A model generated the notes under the pieces. The model ran no database searches. It was not told the origin of the DNA and was given only the letters and a program-made list of their open reading frames with translations. Positions 47,981-63,258 of a stretch of DNA of 64,000 bases are shown piece by piece (positions within the stretch are counted from its first letter, which is position 1; each line of letters opens with the position of its first letter). The position numbers were made by a program, and so were the translations under genes. This DNA comes from the human T2T-CHM13v2.0 reference genome, Homo sapiens. The stretch lies in the NCBI RefSeq assembly GCF_009914755.1, contig NC_060934.1; one strand, given 5' to 3'.

Positions 47981-50900
47981 CAGCTAACAGTGCTTTCCAT
48001 CTGATCTCCTCTCAGGAGCCCTCCTGTCTCCCCGTCCTGGCAGCCCCTCCCGCCCTTCCTTGTTGCCCCCAGCCCCTCTCTCTTGCTTCCCTGGCACTCT
48101 CTGGCCTGTGCACACCTCCCTGGGGGCATGGCTGGCTCTGCTCTGTGTCCAGTGCTATTCCCCTGTGCTCGTGTGGCCGTGGCTCCGGAACAGGAGAGGA
48201 AGAGCCATGGGCGTCCCACATCCGGGTGGGGCCTAACTACGCCCCACGCCAGGCGTGGCAGCTGAGCACTCAGCGTGGCCCAGGGAGACGAGGGCCTATG
48301 GGGCATGCAGAGGCCATTCCAGCGAGGCTGACTGAGGGCCAGCAGTTAGGGCGGCACGGGCTGGGTCACCAGACTGGGGAGCTCTCAGCTTGTGACCTCT
48401 TCGAGGTGCCTTATTTTGCTGCAGAAGGGGCCTGTGTGTGATGCAGCCGCCCCAGCAGGGTGGGGTCCAGGGAGTCCCAGAGGGGCAGGTGCGAGTCACT
48501 CCTGTGAGGCATCTCCCGGTTCCCTGGGCGAGGTTCCAGGCTGAGGGTGCAGCCTGCCCTTTGCCACCTGCCCTGGCTGGTTTCAAGCAGGCATGGGCTC
48601 AGCTGTGCCCGCTGCTGGTGGCTGTCCTAGCAGAGTCCAGCCTGCAGCCCTGCACCCGGCACCCAATCCAGCTCCCCCAAGCTTTCCTTGCCCTGCCGGG
48701 CCCCTCCTTGGGCCTTGGGTGAAATCAGGTCACTGGGCTCTTCCTCCTGGGAAGCAGAGCAGCCTCCGGAACCGGGGCGGGCTGGGGGCTCCCTGGGGAG
48801 CTGAGAATGAGATTCTTCAGGTCGATTCTAAATTACACAGAAGGTGGTTGGACTCCGCGGGCCTCGGAACCACGGGGAGCCACCGTCCCAGAGGTCCCAG
48901 CAGAATGGGGCCTGCAGTTTCTTCTCGGAAGGCCCAGCTGCCTCGAGGTGTGTGGGCCCTAAATAAGGAAATAACGATGGTGGGGGGTTGGGGGACAAAA
49001 CTGAGGAGGGGGCGGGTGGGGGGCTTCAGCTCAAGGACGGGCGGCGAGAGAGCAGGAAGGCTGGGCTCCAGGAGGGAAAGGGAGGTGCTGGCACCCAACC
49101 CCTGACAAAGTAGGGAGACCCACAGGGACAGGCTGGGCCCCTGCAGGGCCGAGGCACCCCATCCCACAGGAGGCGCAGCCTCAGCCCATGCCTTGTTTTA
49201 CCTGGGTCTCCAGACCGCAAGGACACTTGGCTGTGAGCAGGACTCCGGGCTCCCACCCTCCAGCGATGAGCACCCAGAGTAGCCCAGCACGTGGAGGTCA
49301 GGGCAGCCGGGAGGCACCTGCTGCTGGCAGAGGAAAGGGGGATCCCTCGATGGGCCCCATGCTCCTCCTGGCCCGGCGGCCGCTGGAGCTGGTGGGCAAA
49401 GCCCAGACCTCCATCTGGAGGCCCAGGCGGGTAGCAAGCAGGTACGCCTCTACTCCCCGCAGGGACAGCGGCTCAGGAAGCCACCTGCTGCCGGTGGGCA
49501 CGGATCGCTGTGTGGAACCCACAGTCATGGGGCTTCCCAGCCCTTTAGACTGAGCCCTGGCAGAGCACAGCTCATGCACACCATGGCGCTGGAATGCCAG
49601 GTCCACACTGCAGGGCCTGGGTGCCCCTCTCCTGGGGCGCCTGCTCTATCCCTCCCCTTCCCTCCTTCTCCCTCTTCAGTCATCAGCAGCTGCACAGTTG
49701 TCTGGGAGAGAGGCCCTGGAGTGGGGCCTCGGGCTGGGTGAGGGCATCAGGCTGGTCCGAGGCTGCCCGGCGTGGCCAGTGGGGATCGGGTCAATTCCAC
49801 GAGGCTCCACATCTTTTCCTGGAGAGAGGGGTGGTTCCCACTCCCTGAGCAGGCCCCAGGGGCAGTAGCCTGCGCTGCTCTGCCGGTGGCCACCCGAGGC
49901 TGGGGTGCGGGCCATGGCCAGTCTCTGGCCCGGGGCCCCAGGCAACGCTGGACAGGGTGGAAAGCCAGGCCATCAGAGCAGCGCAGGGCGGCCCGTAGAG
50001 GCCGTCGGAGCAGCGCAGGGTGGCCTGTTGCATCACTGCCACCCTGAGCCTCTTCTCCAAGGTTGCCAGGCGGTGGGGGGCTGGGCCCCAGGGCCAGAGT
50101 CCCCAAATCCTGACAGCGCCCTTGGCCAGTGTCTTCTGGGGCTCTGCCCTGACCAATATGGGATTTTTCCAAGGAGGTTCTGAGCATATTCAGCTGGGAA
50201 CAGACTGCCCCGTGCCAGCCACTGACCCTACATGTGGGCTTTGTCGGCAGGAGCACAAGAGCTTTCCTGGTCTGGGTGCTCCGTAGCCCTGGCCCAGCAC
50301 AGTGCGTGTGCCATCATTTTTATGAGCAGGCAGGTTCTGGAGGGTTTTGGCCACAGGAGGGAGTGAGATGCCTCTGCAGCTCAAGAAGCATGTCCAGCCC
50401 CACAGGCCCAGCCCCATGGGGCTTCTGTGGGCCAGGAGCCCCTTCCCCTTGCAGGGAAGTGGGCCTGAGGAGATGGGCAGGACGTGCTCGGACCCCAGAG
50501 TGATTATGGGAAAGACCTCTCCCAGGAGTGCGTGGCCGGTGATGAGGCCGGGACAGACGGCTCCCAGCACCCAGGTCCCAGGGCAGGAGGTGGGTGGGTC
50601 TGGGCCGCCCACACCAGGCTGAGCTACTCACAGGGTCCCTGGAGCTGCATCGTCGGGGGCTTTGATGGTGCCCGTACCGCAGTTGGGGAAAGTGAGGAGT
50701 CATTCGCCAGAGTCAACAGACGTGCATGGCGGCGCTGTGCTCAAGCCTGGGCGGTCTGGAACCCTGATGCACCCTGCAAAGCTCCAGGGCCTGGCAGCCG
50801 GAGATGCCCCAGCCTTGAATGCATCCATCACCGAGCTGGGGGCCGTGGTCCCCCTCACTGGCTACCCACACGCCCCTAAGGACAGCCTCCCTGACACAGC

Positions 50901-51922
50901 GGCATGCCTCCTGGCAGGCCCACAGGGGACCTGGGGCCAGGGCTGCTCAGCCTGCCCACGTGTCTTGGAAAGGCTGTCGCTGGCTCGGCCGGATCCTCGT
51001 GTTCTCTGCCGGAGTGAAAACCAGCTTGTTCTGTCCAAGCCTGGAACCGGCCCAGGCTTCCAGGAGGAGGCCATGCTTGCCTGCCCTTGGCCAAGGGGAG
51101 CCAACCGCCCTTCCTGGTTCCAGGGAACCCCACGCTGTCTGCTTTGCCCAGAGACCCAGCTCCCTCCCTTGGAGCAGGCTCGCTGCCTCCCGGGTGTGGT
51201 AGGGGTGGCTGGGCCTCCCTTGGACAACGCTGGCTGGTTCTCTTCTCTGGCTGAGAGTCAGATCCCGTGCTTGCCCCAACCCAGAAGCTTCCAGGATGCT
51301 TTGCCTGAGCCAGGCCCTGGCCAGGGCCAGAGAAGTCCCCGTCCTCCCGGCCAGGCAGGGCAGGGAGCTGAGCCCAGGACGTGGAACATGCAGACTTGGA
51401 TTAGCTGAGGGCTGGCTGTGGCTGGGGGCCCTCCCTGGCCTCTCTCTCAGAGCCTGTTTCTTTCCTTGTGAGGTGGTGACAGTAGCCCTGACGTCACAGC
51501 ATGGAGCAGGATCACATGAACAGCAAATCCTGGCCCACGGTAGGCACACGCAGGGGTCAGGACGTTGGCCTGCGCCCTTCCCTGGGGGATGGTGGCTCAG
51601 GACCCCAGGCTGGCCTCCCTGCTGGCACCAGAACCCAGGGCCCCCTGGGCACAGGCCTGGGAAGGCTGAAAGAAGGTGTGGCCCAGCACAGTCCAGCATG
51701 GAGAGCCTCAGTGCCTGCCCCCTGGTAGGGTCCCCAGCCCCTACTCCCACACCTTTGCTGGGCAGCAGGTCCCCCCACAGGGGCTCAAAGGCTGACGGCC
51801 TTCCCTGAGGGTGCAAGGCTGGTTTCTGCAGAGTCCAGGGTGGGTGCTGGTGGCTTTGGGCAGTGTCTGGCGGCCCTGCGGATGCCCTGTGGATACAGCC
51901 CAGTGGGCAGCACAGAGCCAGA

Positions 51923-51983
51923 CCCTGCCCTGCCCTGCCCTGCCCTGCCTTGCCCTGCCCTGCCCCGCCCCACCCTGCCCTGC
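51923..51983. repeat. (CCCTG)n pentamer repeat
   Basis: Directly visible. Confidence 0.88.
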
Positions 51984-52599
51984 CATCCCCAGGGTAAGGT
52001 CCCACAAGCCAGATCCTCCCTGCGTGTAGTCACCAGTCAAGGACTGCTCCCCAGCAATTCCTCCTCGCTAGCGCCACCCTCCCCGTGCTTACACAGCTGC
52101 AGCCCCCCGCCGCAATCCTTCCGGGCCCAGCCTGCCCCAGGACACACTCCCTTAGGAAGGTCTTTGCTACTGAACGGCTCGTTGGCCCTCACGGACCCTC
52201 AGGTGCGTGTCCGACAGCCCCTCTGGAGACTCACAGCCCGGCCTCCGTGCCTGGCTCAGAGCCGGAAGAGCTCCGCAGCCTCCGTCAGTCACACCGAGCC
52301 CAGCCTGGGGAAGGCCCCAGAAGCAGGAGTGTGCAGCCTCACAGACCGCACCCGGCCCTCCGCTCGGGGCTCTCTGGCCTGCGTGCTCAGAGCAGGAGGA
52401 GGTGGCCCAGGCTGTAGCCCCTGCTCAGGAGGCCGTGGAGAACCAGCTGGAGTCCCCACCACGCCCTGAGCGAGGGGGCGGCAGAAGCGAGGCGGCTCTG
52501 TCTCCGTGACATCAGGAGGGCCCGGGGGGCGGAGCAGGAAGACGAGTGACCACGACGCCAGGTATGGCGCTGAGCACCACGTGCAGGCCTAGCCGGTGA

Positions 52600-52700
52600 C
52601 CCTCACAAGCCCTGCATAAGGTCAGGGTCACGCTCCCATTTTACAGATGGGGAAGCCCAGGCACCCGGACCACGCAGGGGGCCTTGTGCAGGACAGGGGT
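52600..52700. mobile_element. MIR core fragment
   Basis: cccattttacagatggggaa resembles the MIR core. Confidence 0.5.
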
Positions 52701-54999
52701 CATGTCTGGTCCCGTCCAGGTCACCTTACAGGTGAGACGCCCGGGCCCGCAGGTTGAGGCCGGCCAGCCCCCTCCCAACAGACCCCCTTGGTGGCTCTGA
52801 GTGAGGGCTGGTCCAGGGACAGGGCCTGAGGGGCACCACTGGGACCCAGCTGGAGGGTGTTCAGGAGCCATGAGGCTGCAGTCAGGCTGGCCCTGGGATG
52901 CCAGAGGGGATGCAGCCCCCACCGGGCCCCTCCTGTGGCCACAGCACAGCCCAGCCTGCCCCAGACAGGCTGCCAAGGCCTGGTTCAGGCCAGGGTGCCG
53001 GGCTGAGGTCGTGCCCACATTGCCACCCCTCTGCTCTGTGTGCTCAACTCAAACCCGCCCGGCCCTGCATGCAAACTTCCAGCTGAGACCCTCTGAGGCC
53101 CCTGGCGCTGAAGGATCAGGGTGCCCCCTGTGTATGATTTGAAATAACAACAGCACTAAGCCATCGAATGGGTGAAAGGTCAGAGTTCTGTTCTTTCCCA
53201 CAGAGACAGCTTGGATGCCTTTTTTGAAATAACAAATATCAAATCCTTTCTAAAATTGTCACACACGGCCCCGCCTGGTTGGTGCCCAAGGACGTGCCCG
53301 GCCCACCCCGGCACCCTGCAGTTCCTCCCACCACCGTCTGGCCTGCTGAGCCTGCTGTCCTCGGCCCCCGGGAAGGAGCTCCCTTCCGCTCAGAGGGCTT
53401 CAGACCAGCCCGGTCTCCATCACACCCTCCACGCCGCCTCCTCCCAAGGCAGGCTCTGCCCCTGGACTGTAGAGAAGGCTCCAAAAGGACCGACCCCCCA
53501 GGACTGGAGACTCAGGAGAGGGAGCGCTTCCCTGAGTGCCAGTGGACTGGACCCTACCCTGAGCCAGGCCTAGACCAGGGGTCCACCCTGTGTGGCCGGG
53601 GAGCAAGAAAGCCAGTGGGGCCATCGCCTTGGTGCAGGTTCCGTGGGAAAGGGTCCTTTTTCCAACGGGGCGGGAAGAGGTGCCAGGCAGATGGAAGTCT
53701 CGGTTTCCCCAAAGGAGCCATCGGCCTGTGGCTGGAGGTCCTGCTTCCTTCCCCACCCCAGCTGGCCCTGGAGGTGGATGGCAGGCCCACCGCAAGCCCT
53801 GAGAAGCTGGGCGGCCTGGGTCAGTCCAGAACTCCCCTGACCCGCCTTTCCTGTTGCACGTGGGGACGCCAAAGCCAGGGAGGCTCAGCCCTGTGAGGCC
53901 CTGGGTGCTGGACAGAAAGACTCTTGCTCCTCCAGCCACCTCAGTGCTCTCAGCTGGCCAGGGCCATGTGTCACCCACTGAGCTGGGGAGCCCTTAGGTA
54001 GAGACACGGCAGGGTCCACGCAGGTGACACCTGGGTGACAATTTGAAAAAGGAGGCCTCAGGTAACTGTGGCCTGTGGACCGTGGCTGTGCCCAGCACTC
54101 AGCCATTTGCCTGATGAAAGACAGTCAGGGAGAGTGCCAGCTGACCGGGTGGGGGCGTGAGCTGAGCAGGGGAGGAGGGGCCCCATGTGATGCTCCGTGG
54201 GGGGAGGGACCCTCGGCAGAGGGCGTTTGACTCGAGGAGGGGGCGCCAGGCCCCGGCTCAGCTCACCACCCGGCCCATGTCCAGCATCCCCCCAAAGCCA
54301 GCCTCTGCCCGGGCCGAGGCTGCCCTCCCAGGGGTGGGGAAGCCTTGGCCCCACCTGCTGCCCAGTCTCCCCAGGCTGCTCTCACCACAGTGCCCCAGAT
54401 TTTGCTTCTGGAAATACACTGGCAATTAAATCAAAAAGCCCTTAGAGCCGCCCAGAGAGGAAAGGTGAGCGCTTACGCAACAGCTCATTACCGCGGCTCC
54501 CGAGGGCCCAGGAAGATGCCCGTCCACCAAGGCCACCTGCCCAGGACTCTGCCTGGGGGCAGGAGGAGGGCAGGACACCAGCTGCCTCTGACCTGCAGCC
54601 CCTCACGTCCTCACAAGGGAGGATATCCCCCTCCCAGGGCCAGCCACGGTTCAACGCGGTGCATGAGCACAAGGTGCTGGGTGGGGCCAGGGGACACCTG
54701 TCTCAGGCTCAAGGCTAAGGAAGGGAGGAACGCTACTGAGCAGAGCTGTGCGGCCCCAAGGCCGGCTCCAGGCAGGCGGGGCAACGCCAGCTCCCAGGGC
54801 GGGAGGGGACGGGGGAACAGCCCCTGGGAGGCGCCAGGGTCGTGGGGGTGTTGGGGAGGTGAGGGACAGGGTGCCGCTCTGGGGGTGGTCAGAGTCCTGC
54901 TGGTCTGGCGCTGACAGGACTCAGGTCCACCTCCCTGCCTGCATACAAGGGGAGACTGAGGGTCTTCACGCCCATTCATCCCGCTCAACGCTGAAATGA

Positions 55000-55338
55000 A
55001 AGGAGGCAAGGAAAGAGGGAGAGGGCAAGGGAGGGAGAGAGGAACCAAGGGAGAGAGGGAAGAAGGGAGGGAGAAGGAGAGGGAGTTCGGGGAGGGAGAA
55101 GGGGAGGAGGAGAAGAAGCTGGAAAGGGAGGGGAGGGAGGAGATGGGGAGGAGATGGGAGGCAGGGGGAGGGGAGGGAGGAGATGGGATAGGGGAGGAGA
55201 TGGAAAGCAGGGGAGGGGAGGGGAGGGAAGGCAGGGGAGGGGAGGGAAGGCAGGGGAGGGGAGGGGAGGGAAGGCAGGGGAGGGGAGGAGATGGAAGGCG
55301 GGGGAGGGGAGGGAAAGCAGGGGAGGGGAGGGGAGGGG
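55000..55338 (+). repeat. Polypurine (GGGGA/GGAA) tract
   Basis: Almost pure G/A over ~340 bp. Confidence 0.92.
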
Positions 55339-56589
55339 TCTAGCGGCACCTAGAGAGTGTAGACAGTGCTGGCTGTTCTGAAGGGGCTGCAGCAGCTCTC
55401 CGAGTCTTTTCTGGGGCCTCTTGGGCCTGTTGACCCTCACGCGGTCCTTGCCCCTGTGGGCACTTCTTCCTGCCTCCTGGACAGTGGTGGGGGTGTTGGG
55501 GGTTGGGGTTCTGTCTCCCACCCACCAGGGCCTCAGGAATCTCTGGCAGCACTGGCCCCTTGCCCTGGGCCACGGGACACTGCTAGGCTGATGTTTGCAG
55601 CCCCGTGGCCACGGCTGTTGCAGCCCCTGCCCCCTGCCCAGGGGTCAGCAGGTCCCAAGAGCCGCAGAGTCCCCCTCCGCCGTCTGCCTCAGTTCAAGCT
55701 CTGGCCCTTCCTTCACCAAGAAGAAAACTCAGTGGGCCCACTTGATGCTTGTTTTCCCTGAAAATAATAATATAATAATAATAATAATGGCTCCTGACTT
55801 ATTTAATAATAAAATTGTAGAACATTTATAAAATAGAAGAAAACCACAACCTCACCCCAAAACCCGGAGCGGGAAGGCCTGATGGCAAGCGTCTGCTCGG
55901 CCCTTCCAGCCTGTCCCTGGCACGCTGACCCTGCTTGGGACTCTCCTTGCCCGATCGAGCCTGCCCCGGGGCACCAGAGGACAATAAACCCGTGAAAGCT
56001 AGGCTCGGTGACCAGGGCTGCCCCAGCGAGGGTGAAACAGGGCTCAGCCAGGAGGGCTGGGGCAGCGGCAGGTGTCCAGCCACGGGGTGGGGCTGGTTCC
56101 CTGGGGCCTGTCCCAGGAGGGGCATTAGGGTAAAAGATCTGACTGTAAGGCCTCAGGCAAGCACAGGTGGGAAACCTCTGCAGGTCCCAGAGGCCAGGCC
56201 AGGGGGGCAGTTTGGGGCAGGCAGGGGGCTGGAGGGGAAGAGCAGGGGCTTGGTAATGGCCTTGACTTTCACCAGCCTGGAGACCAGCCGCAGAGTGGGG
56301 CGAGCTTTGCTTTCTGGGTTCTGACTTTGAGCGGCGGGCTCTGTGCTCTGGTGGGCTGCCAAGTCCCAGTGAGTCTGTCTCCAGGGGAAACTGCCTATTT
56401 GTTTAGGAAAATATGTTAATGGCCTTTTGGGTAGTGGGAGGAAAATCTCAGGGCACCGTCTGAAATCAACAGAGTCAAAGTGGCTCACAGCACAGGAGGG
56501 GTGTCCCACGGGGCGCAGGGCTGCCTCAAAGGCGGAACTGTTAGGGGCCCTCAGATTGGACCCAAGGGGCAGGGGAGAGGGGATTTGAT

Positions 56590-57070
56590 ACAGGATAAAT
56601 TGTACGTAGTTTTAATTTAATTTATCTGATGACTAGAGATGTTAAGCATTTCTACTTTGGACATTTGATTTGTTTCATTTAAATCGTCTTAGGCTGGTCT
56701 TTCTCCATTTTTTTACTGGGATATTTGTTTTTTTTTAAATTAGTTTTGTGGTTCTTCATCTGTGGCAAATACTTTTTCCTGTTTGTCACTTGACTTTTAA
56801 TTTATTTAAGGTATTTTTATAAATAAAAATGTTAAAATTCTATGCACTCAAATTTGTACATATTTTCCCTTGATGAAGACTGTTTGGTTTATGCTTAGAA
56901 AGTTCTTATCAAATTCAAAATTGGTGCAATACTTACAGACGTATGCGTTTTTATTTATAGAATGATTTGCTTTTTTATTTATTCTCTAGCCCACCTGGAA
57001 TTGATTTATGTGAACACTTGGCTAGGAATATAATTTTATTTTTTCTCCAAGTAATGAACCTGCCTTCCCG
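56590..57070 (-). mobile_element. Ancient L1 (L1ME-like) fragment
   Basis: Abrupt T-rich block with L1-like motifs (tctgatgactagagatgttaagcattt, atgcttagaaag, cacctggaattgattt). Confidence 0.6.
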
Positions 57071-58666
57071 GGACACTTGCGGTGTTTCATCCTGCGGCCG
57101 CCTGGGCCCTTGTGGTTTTGTGCTTTGAGTGGTGCTTAACGAAAGGGCCTCTGGAAGTGTGTGTGCGGCTTAAAGGAGACTCGGAAGACTGAGCCACGTC
57201 TCGGGATCAGGAGCGTAGAGCTGGCACCCCCCTAACAGGAACCCTGGGAGGCAAGCTGTTGCCAGGAGACCCTCACACGGGCAGCAGCCTTGGTTAAGAG
57301 ATGGGCCCACCCAGAGCAGCCTGGTGGGGTATCAGGAAAGAAAAGGCCTGATCTTGCTCTCCTCCCACCTCCATCTCCTGCCAGTTCCTCCCTTTGCCAA
57401 ACCCAACTAGAAGGCAGAGGGCATGGGAGTCCCCTGGTACTGCCGCGGAGGCGGATCCCAGAACGCCCCCAGCACACAATGTCCTCACTAGCAACAACTA
57501 AAGCTAGAAATCACAGACGATGTCTTCAAAGTTCTGGGGCAAAACGATTTTAAACCAGATTCTTTACGCTGCTGAACTATCAGCAAGCAGGTGTGTGGTG
57601 TGTTGCAGACGCTTATGAAACCACGGAGGGGACGAGGCCGCACGGAGGGAGGAGTGATGTGGTGAGAGGTTCAGAGGCTGGGTTAGCGACAAGATGGAAC
57701 AAAAAGCTCATGGAGAGTTCCACTTCCACGTGGGAGGTGGCAGCCCACGGCAGGCCAGTGATCCTGCAACCACGACGAGAAAAAGCCAGGGGGTGTGTGA
57801 GAATCCTGCCTCCAAGGGCATCAGAGAGCTGTAGAGGCAACTAGGCAAGGGACAAGCACCCCCAAGCTGAGCCGAGTGTTTCCCAGCTGCCTGCTGGCTG
57901 GACACCGGTCTGGCCCAGACAAGAGGCCACTTCTGGACAAAGAGAAATGGCAAAACTTTTGGTGCTTGCCACGGAGCTAAAGGCAGATTGGAAACTCGAG
58001 GGGCTCAAACAAACCACTGGTTCTTCTGAGGGGCATGTGCTGAGTCTATGGCCACAGGGGAGGCTGGGAGGTGGGAGTTTAGCTAAGTCCTAAGGCAGAG
58101 TGGACTCTCTGGCCCTCCCATCCCTGGGGACAGAGTTCCTCAAGCATATCCTCTCCATCTCTGTCAAATCATTCATGTGATTACAAAGCCAGGAGACATA
58201 GAAGGCTGGAGAGTTCAGCTGGAACCTCCAAAAGGCAGAGCCAGGCCTTGTGCAGACCTCAGGGAAACGGAGGTCTGCCAGGCAGGCAAGGCCATACCCA
58301 AGTGTGGGTAGACTGAGTCTCACTAAAACTGCAAGCTGCTCCTCCCAGCACAACCCTGGCCGGAGGGACACGGTGAGGCTGCGCTCTCTCTGCCTTAACG
58401 AGGAAAAGAGACCCTCGCTGGTGCGGATGAGATCACCCGGGTCTCACCGGCTCTTTTATACACAATGTCAGGCATTTAATAAACAACTTTCAGACATGGA
58501 AAGAGGCAAGAAAATATGGCCAATAACTAAGAGGAAAAAAGAGACAATAGAAGTAGACCCCGCAGTGATCCAGACATTACAGTTTGCAGACAAGGACTTT
58601 AAATTAACTACAGTGAATAAATTTGTATTAGTTCGTTTTCACACCACTATAAAGAACTACAAGAGG

Positions 58667-58960
<294 letters not shown>

Positions 58961-58997
58961 AACCACCTGAGACTGAGTTATCTATAAAGAGGTTTAA

Positions 58998-59439
<442 letters not shown>

Positions 59440-59691
59440 TGCCAAACACTTTTAAGCCATCAAATCTTGTGAGAACTTACTGTCATGAGAACAGCATGGG
59501 GGAATCGCCCCCATGATCCAGTCACCTTCTACCAGGTCCCTCCCTGGACATGTGGGGATTACAATTCAAGATGAGATTTGGGTGCAGACACAGAGCCAAA
59601 CCACATCAGTATTACAGAATTCAAGGAGGGATCGAATAAGTTAAATAAAAAGCTGAAAAACTTCAGCAAAGAATTGAAATCTGAAAAAATA

Positions 59692-60007
<316 letters not shown>

Positions 60008-60315
60008 AATTTAAATTATTAAGATATCAAATGGACATGCTGTAACTATAATATTCAGTATCTGAAATTAGCAGTTCCATCGATGGCTTTAATAGCAGTT
60101 GGACACAGCTGAACACCAGATTGGTGAACCGGAAAATGGATTAATAGAAAACATTCAAACTATAGCACAGAGACTGTAAAAACAGATAAGAAGAAAACCA
60201 GAGAAACCTGTGACAGGCGTGTGGAGCACGCTCCAAAGTTCCAATGCTCTCATCACTAGAGTCCCAGAAGGAGAGGAGAGAGCAAATGGGGCAGAAGCAA
60301 TGTGCAAGAAGATCA

Positions 60316-60697
<382 letters not shown>

Positions 60698-60846
60698 TGG
60701 GGGGGGGGTGAAAAAGAAAGGCAATATTAACATCAGGAAACTATAGTTATACAACAAAGGAAATGTAATCAAATTTTATGTCATAGCCCAGATCTGAGTC
60801 ATATTTACCTAACACAAACACTAACTTTGATTTAATGAAAAACTAT

Positions 60847-61158
<312 letters not shown>

Positions 61159-61499
61159 TTATCCCAAAAAAAATAGGAAGAAAAGAAGTTCATGGGTCTG
61201 TGTGGTGATAGAGGCCATGTAAGAGAACTTAACTTTCATCTTCCCATCTACAGTCAACAGATAATATATAAAACTCAAAAACCAAGCAACAACAAGGTAA
61301 GTGTGTTATTTAGAAATATGTAGGTAAATACCTGAAAAAATTTCTGCAAAGAGCTGAAAGTGGTGGCCTCTGAAGAGGAAGAACTTTCTAGAAGTCAGAC
61401 AGATTAGGTAAGGGGCTACAGCATTTGGTTATAAGCCTTGCCGCACAGTTCAAATTTTAACATTAATTATGGTTTTGATTAAAATTAAGGTTAATGGAT

Positions 61500-62120
61500 A
61501 TCAAACATTATCAAATGCCTTTTTGTTATCTATTGACAATCAAATGATTATATTTCTCATTTAACCTATTGATATAATTATTAGATTTTATAATATTAAT
61601 TCATCCTTGCCTTCAAGGAATAAATTCTGTGAATTTGATATATTCTTTATTTAAAATGGTGACTGAATTTACATTTAAGAATTTATTTGGAATTCTTATA
61701 TCTACATTCGTAATTGAGATTATATTATAATTCGTCTTGTGATACTATCTTTGCCAAGTTTTAATATCAAAGTTATACTAGGTTCATAAAATTAAGTGGG
61801 GAGCTTTCCAAATATTTCTATGAATTTTCAATGTATATGGCATTGGAGCTCTGTTCCTTAAAAGTTTGAACTAACCCACCTATAAAGTTGTACTGGTCTG
61901 GCATCACGTATGGAAATAATTCTTTGGCAAAACCCTTTCAGTTCATTCAGTGGTTATTCATCTCTTAAAGTGTTCAGGTTTCCTTTTGAGACAATTTTTG
62001 GAAAACCACATTTTCCTGGAAAATTGCCCCTTTCTTTGAGATGTACAAATGTAATAATGTTGCACATTATTTCATTTATAATTCTTTGCTACTATGTAAT
62101 TTTTAAGAATTGTTTTTGAT
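61500..62120 (-). mobile_element. Ancient L1 ORF2-region fragment
   Basis: T-rich; tatcaaatgcctttt..tctattga, catccttgc, tttaatatcaaagttatactag..tcataaaa resemble antisense L1 ORF2. Confidence 0.6.
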
Positions 62121-62742
62121 AGTTAACTCTGTTAGGTAACCAAATACAATTATTTCAACCACTGACCTGTTGAATTTATTTCAAAACTCACCCTCAGTTT
62201 TTTAACTTCCAAGACGCCCGTCACGGTGTCTCTGACCTCAGGTCCCCTCTCCACTGTCCTGGTTGGAAGCAGGGTGAGCCTCTCAGACCCACGGCGAATG
62301 CAGATTCTCATTCCTTCAGTTGCTGTCAGTTTTGGGGTAATGTTTCCCCTTTCCCCTCTCCATCGTCCTGTTTATTTCTGATTTTTAGGCAGCTTCTCTT
62401 CTTTTTAAAATCTTCTTACTCTATTGAGACCTCTTATGTATCCTCTTGTTCCCCAAGTCCACTTATTCTTAATTTTTAATGAAAACATAAAGCAGATGCT
62501 TCAAAAAATAGTGAGAGAATCTCTGCGAGAAAATCTTTTCGAAGCCTGTTTTATCTTCCTCTTGGCCGGCTAGCTCTCTGCCCTTTATGATGGTGGATCT
62601 TTTCACAGGCCCACATGGTTTTATTCTGGGTGTGTGCACGTGTGCGTGTGTACACACCTATGCACTCATGCGTATGGATTTTCTGTGCACGTGTTCATGT
62701 GCATACGGATGTGTATGTGAGCAAAAGTCTGTGCACACATGC

Positions 62743-62744
<2 letters not shown>

Positions 62745-62783
<39 letters not shown>
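62745..62783. repeat. Perfect (GT)19 microsatellite
   Basis: Counted directly. Confidence 0.95.
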
Positions 62784-62784
<1 letters not shown>

Positions 62785-63078
62785 CTGCCCCGTCTGTCTC
62801 CTCCCGGAGCGCTGAGGGGACTCCTGCACCCCAGTAGAGCAGGCATCTATGAGCAGATGTTTCCTGGCTCCCCTCACACCCGTCTGCTTTGGAACTTAAG
62901 CTGAAGGTGGCCATGCACCCAGCCCCTGGCCACCCTGCCACCTTCACCTCTTGTGGTCACCGGCCATGGTACCTTCTGCATTCCATCCAGGTGTCTCCTT
63001 TCCCGAGCCTGATGGAGAGCTGGGCTGAGGTGAGCCCCCTCCTGCGGTCACACAGCACCTGCTGTAGACCAGGCGCCT

Positions 63079-63258
63079 AGGTGCAAAGCTCCTCCCACCT
63101 CCAAACCCCATCTCCACCTGGGCTGTGTCCTGGGAACCAGGTGCAAAGTTCCTCCCACCTCCAAACCCCATCTTCAGCTGGGCTGTGTCCTGGGAACCAG
63201 GTGCAAAGTTCCTCCCACCTCCAAACCCTGTCTCCAGCTGGACTGTGTCCTGGGAACC
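63079..63258. repeat. 60-bp tandem repeat, 3 copies
   Basis: AGGTGCAAAGYTCCTCCCACCTCCAAACCC...CTGTGTCCTGGGAACC aligned on three consecutive 60-bp lines. Confidence 0.95.

Noticed and set aside
42000-55000. Numerous 100-350-aa ORFs in GC-rich unique DNA
   Set aside because: Low-complexity composition, overlapping on both strands, no recognisable domains or consistent exon chain; expected at this GC content.
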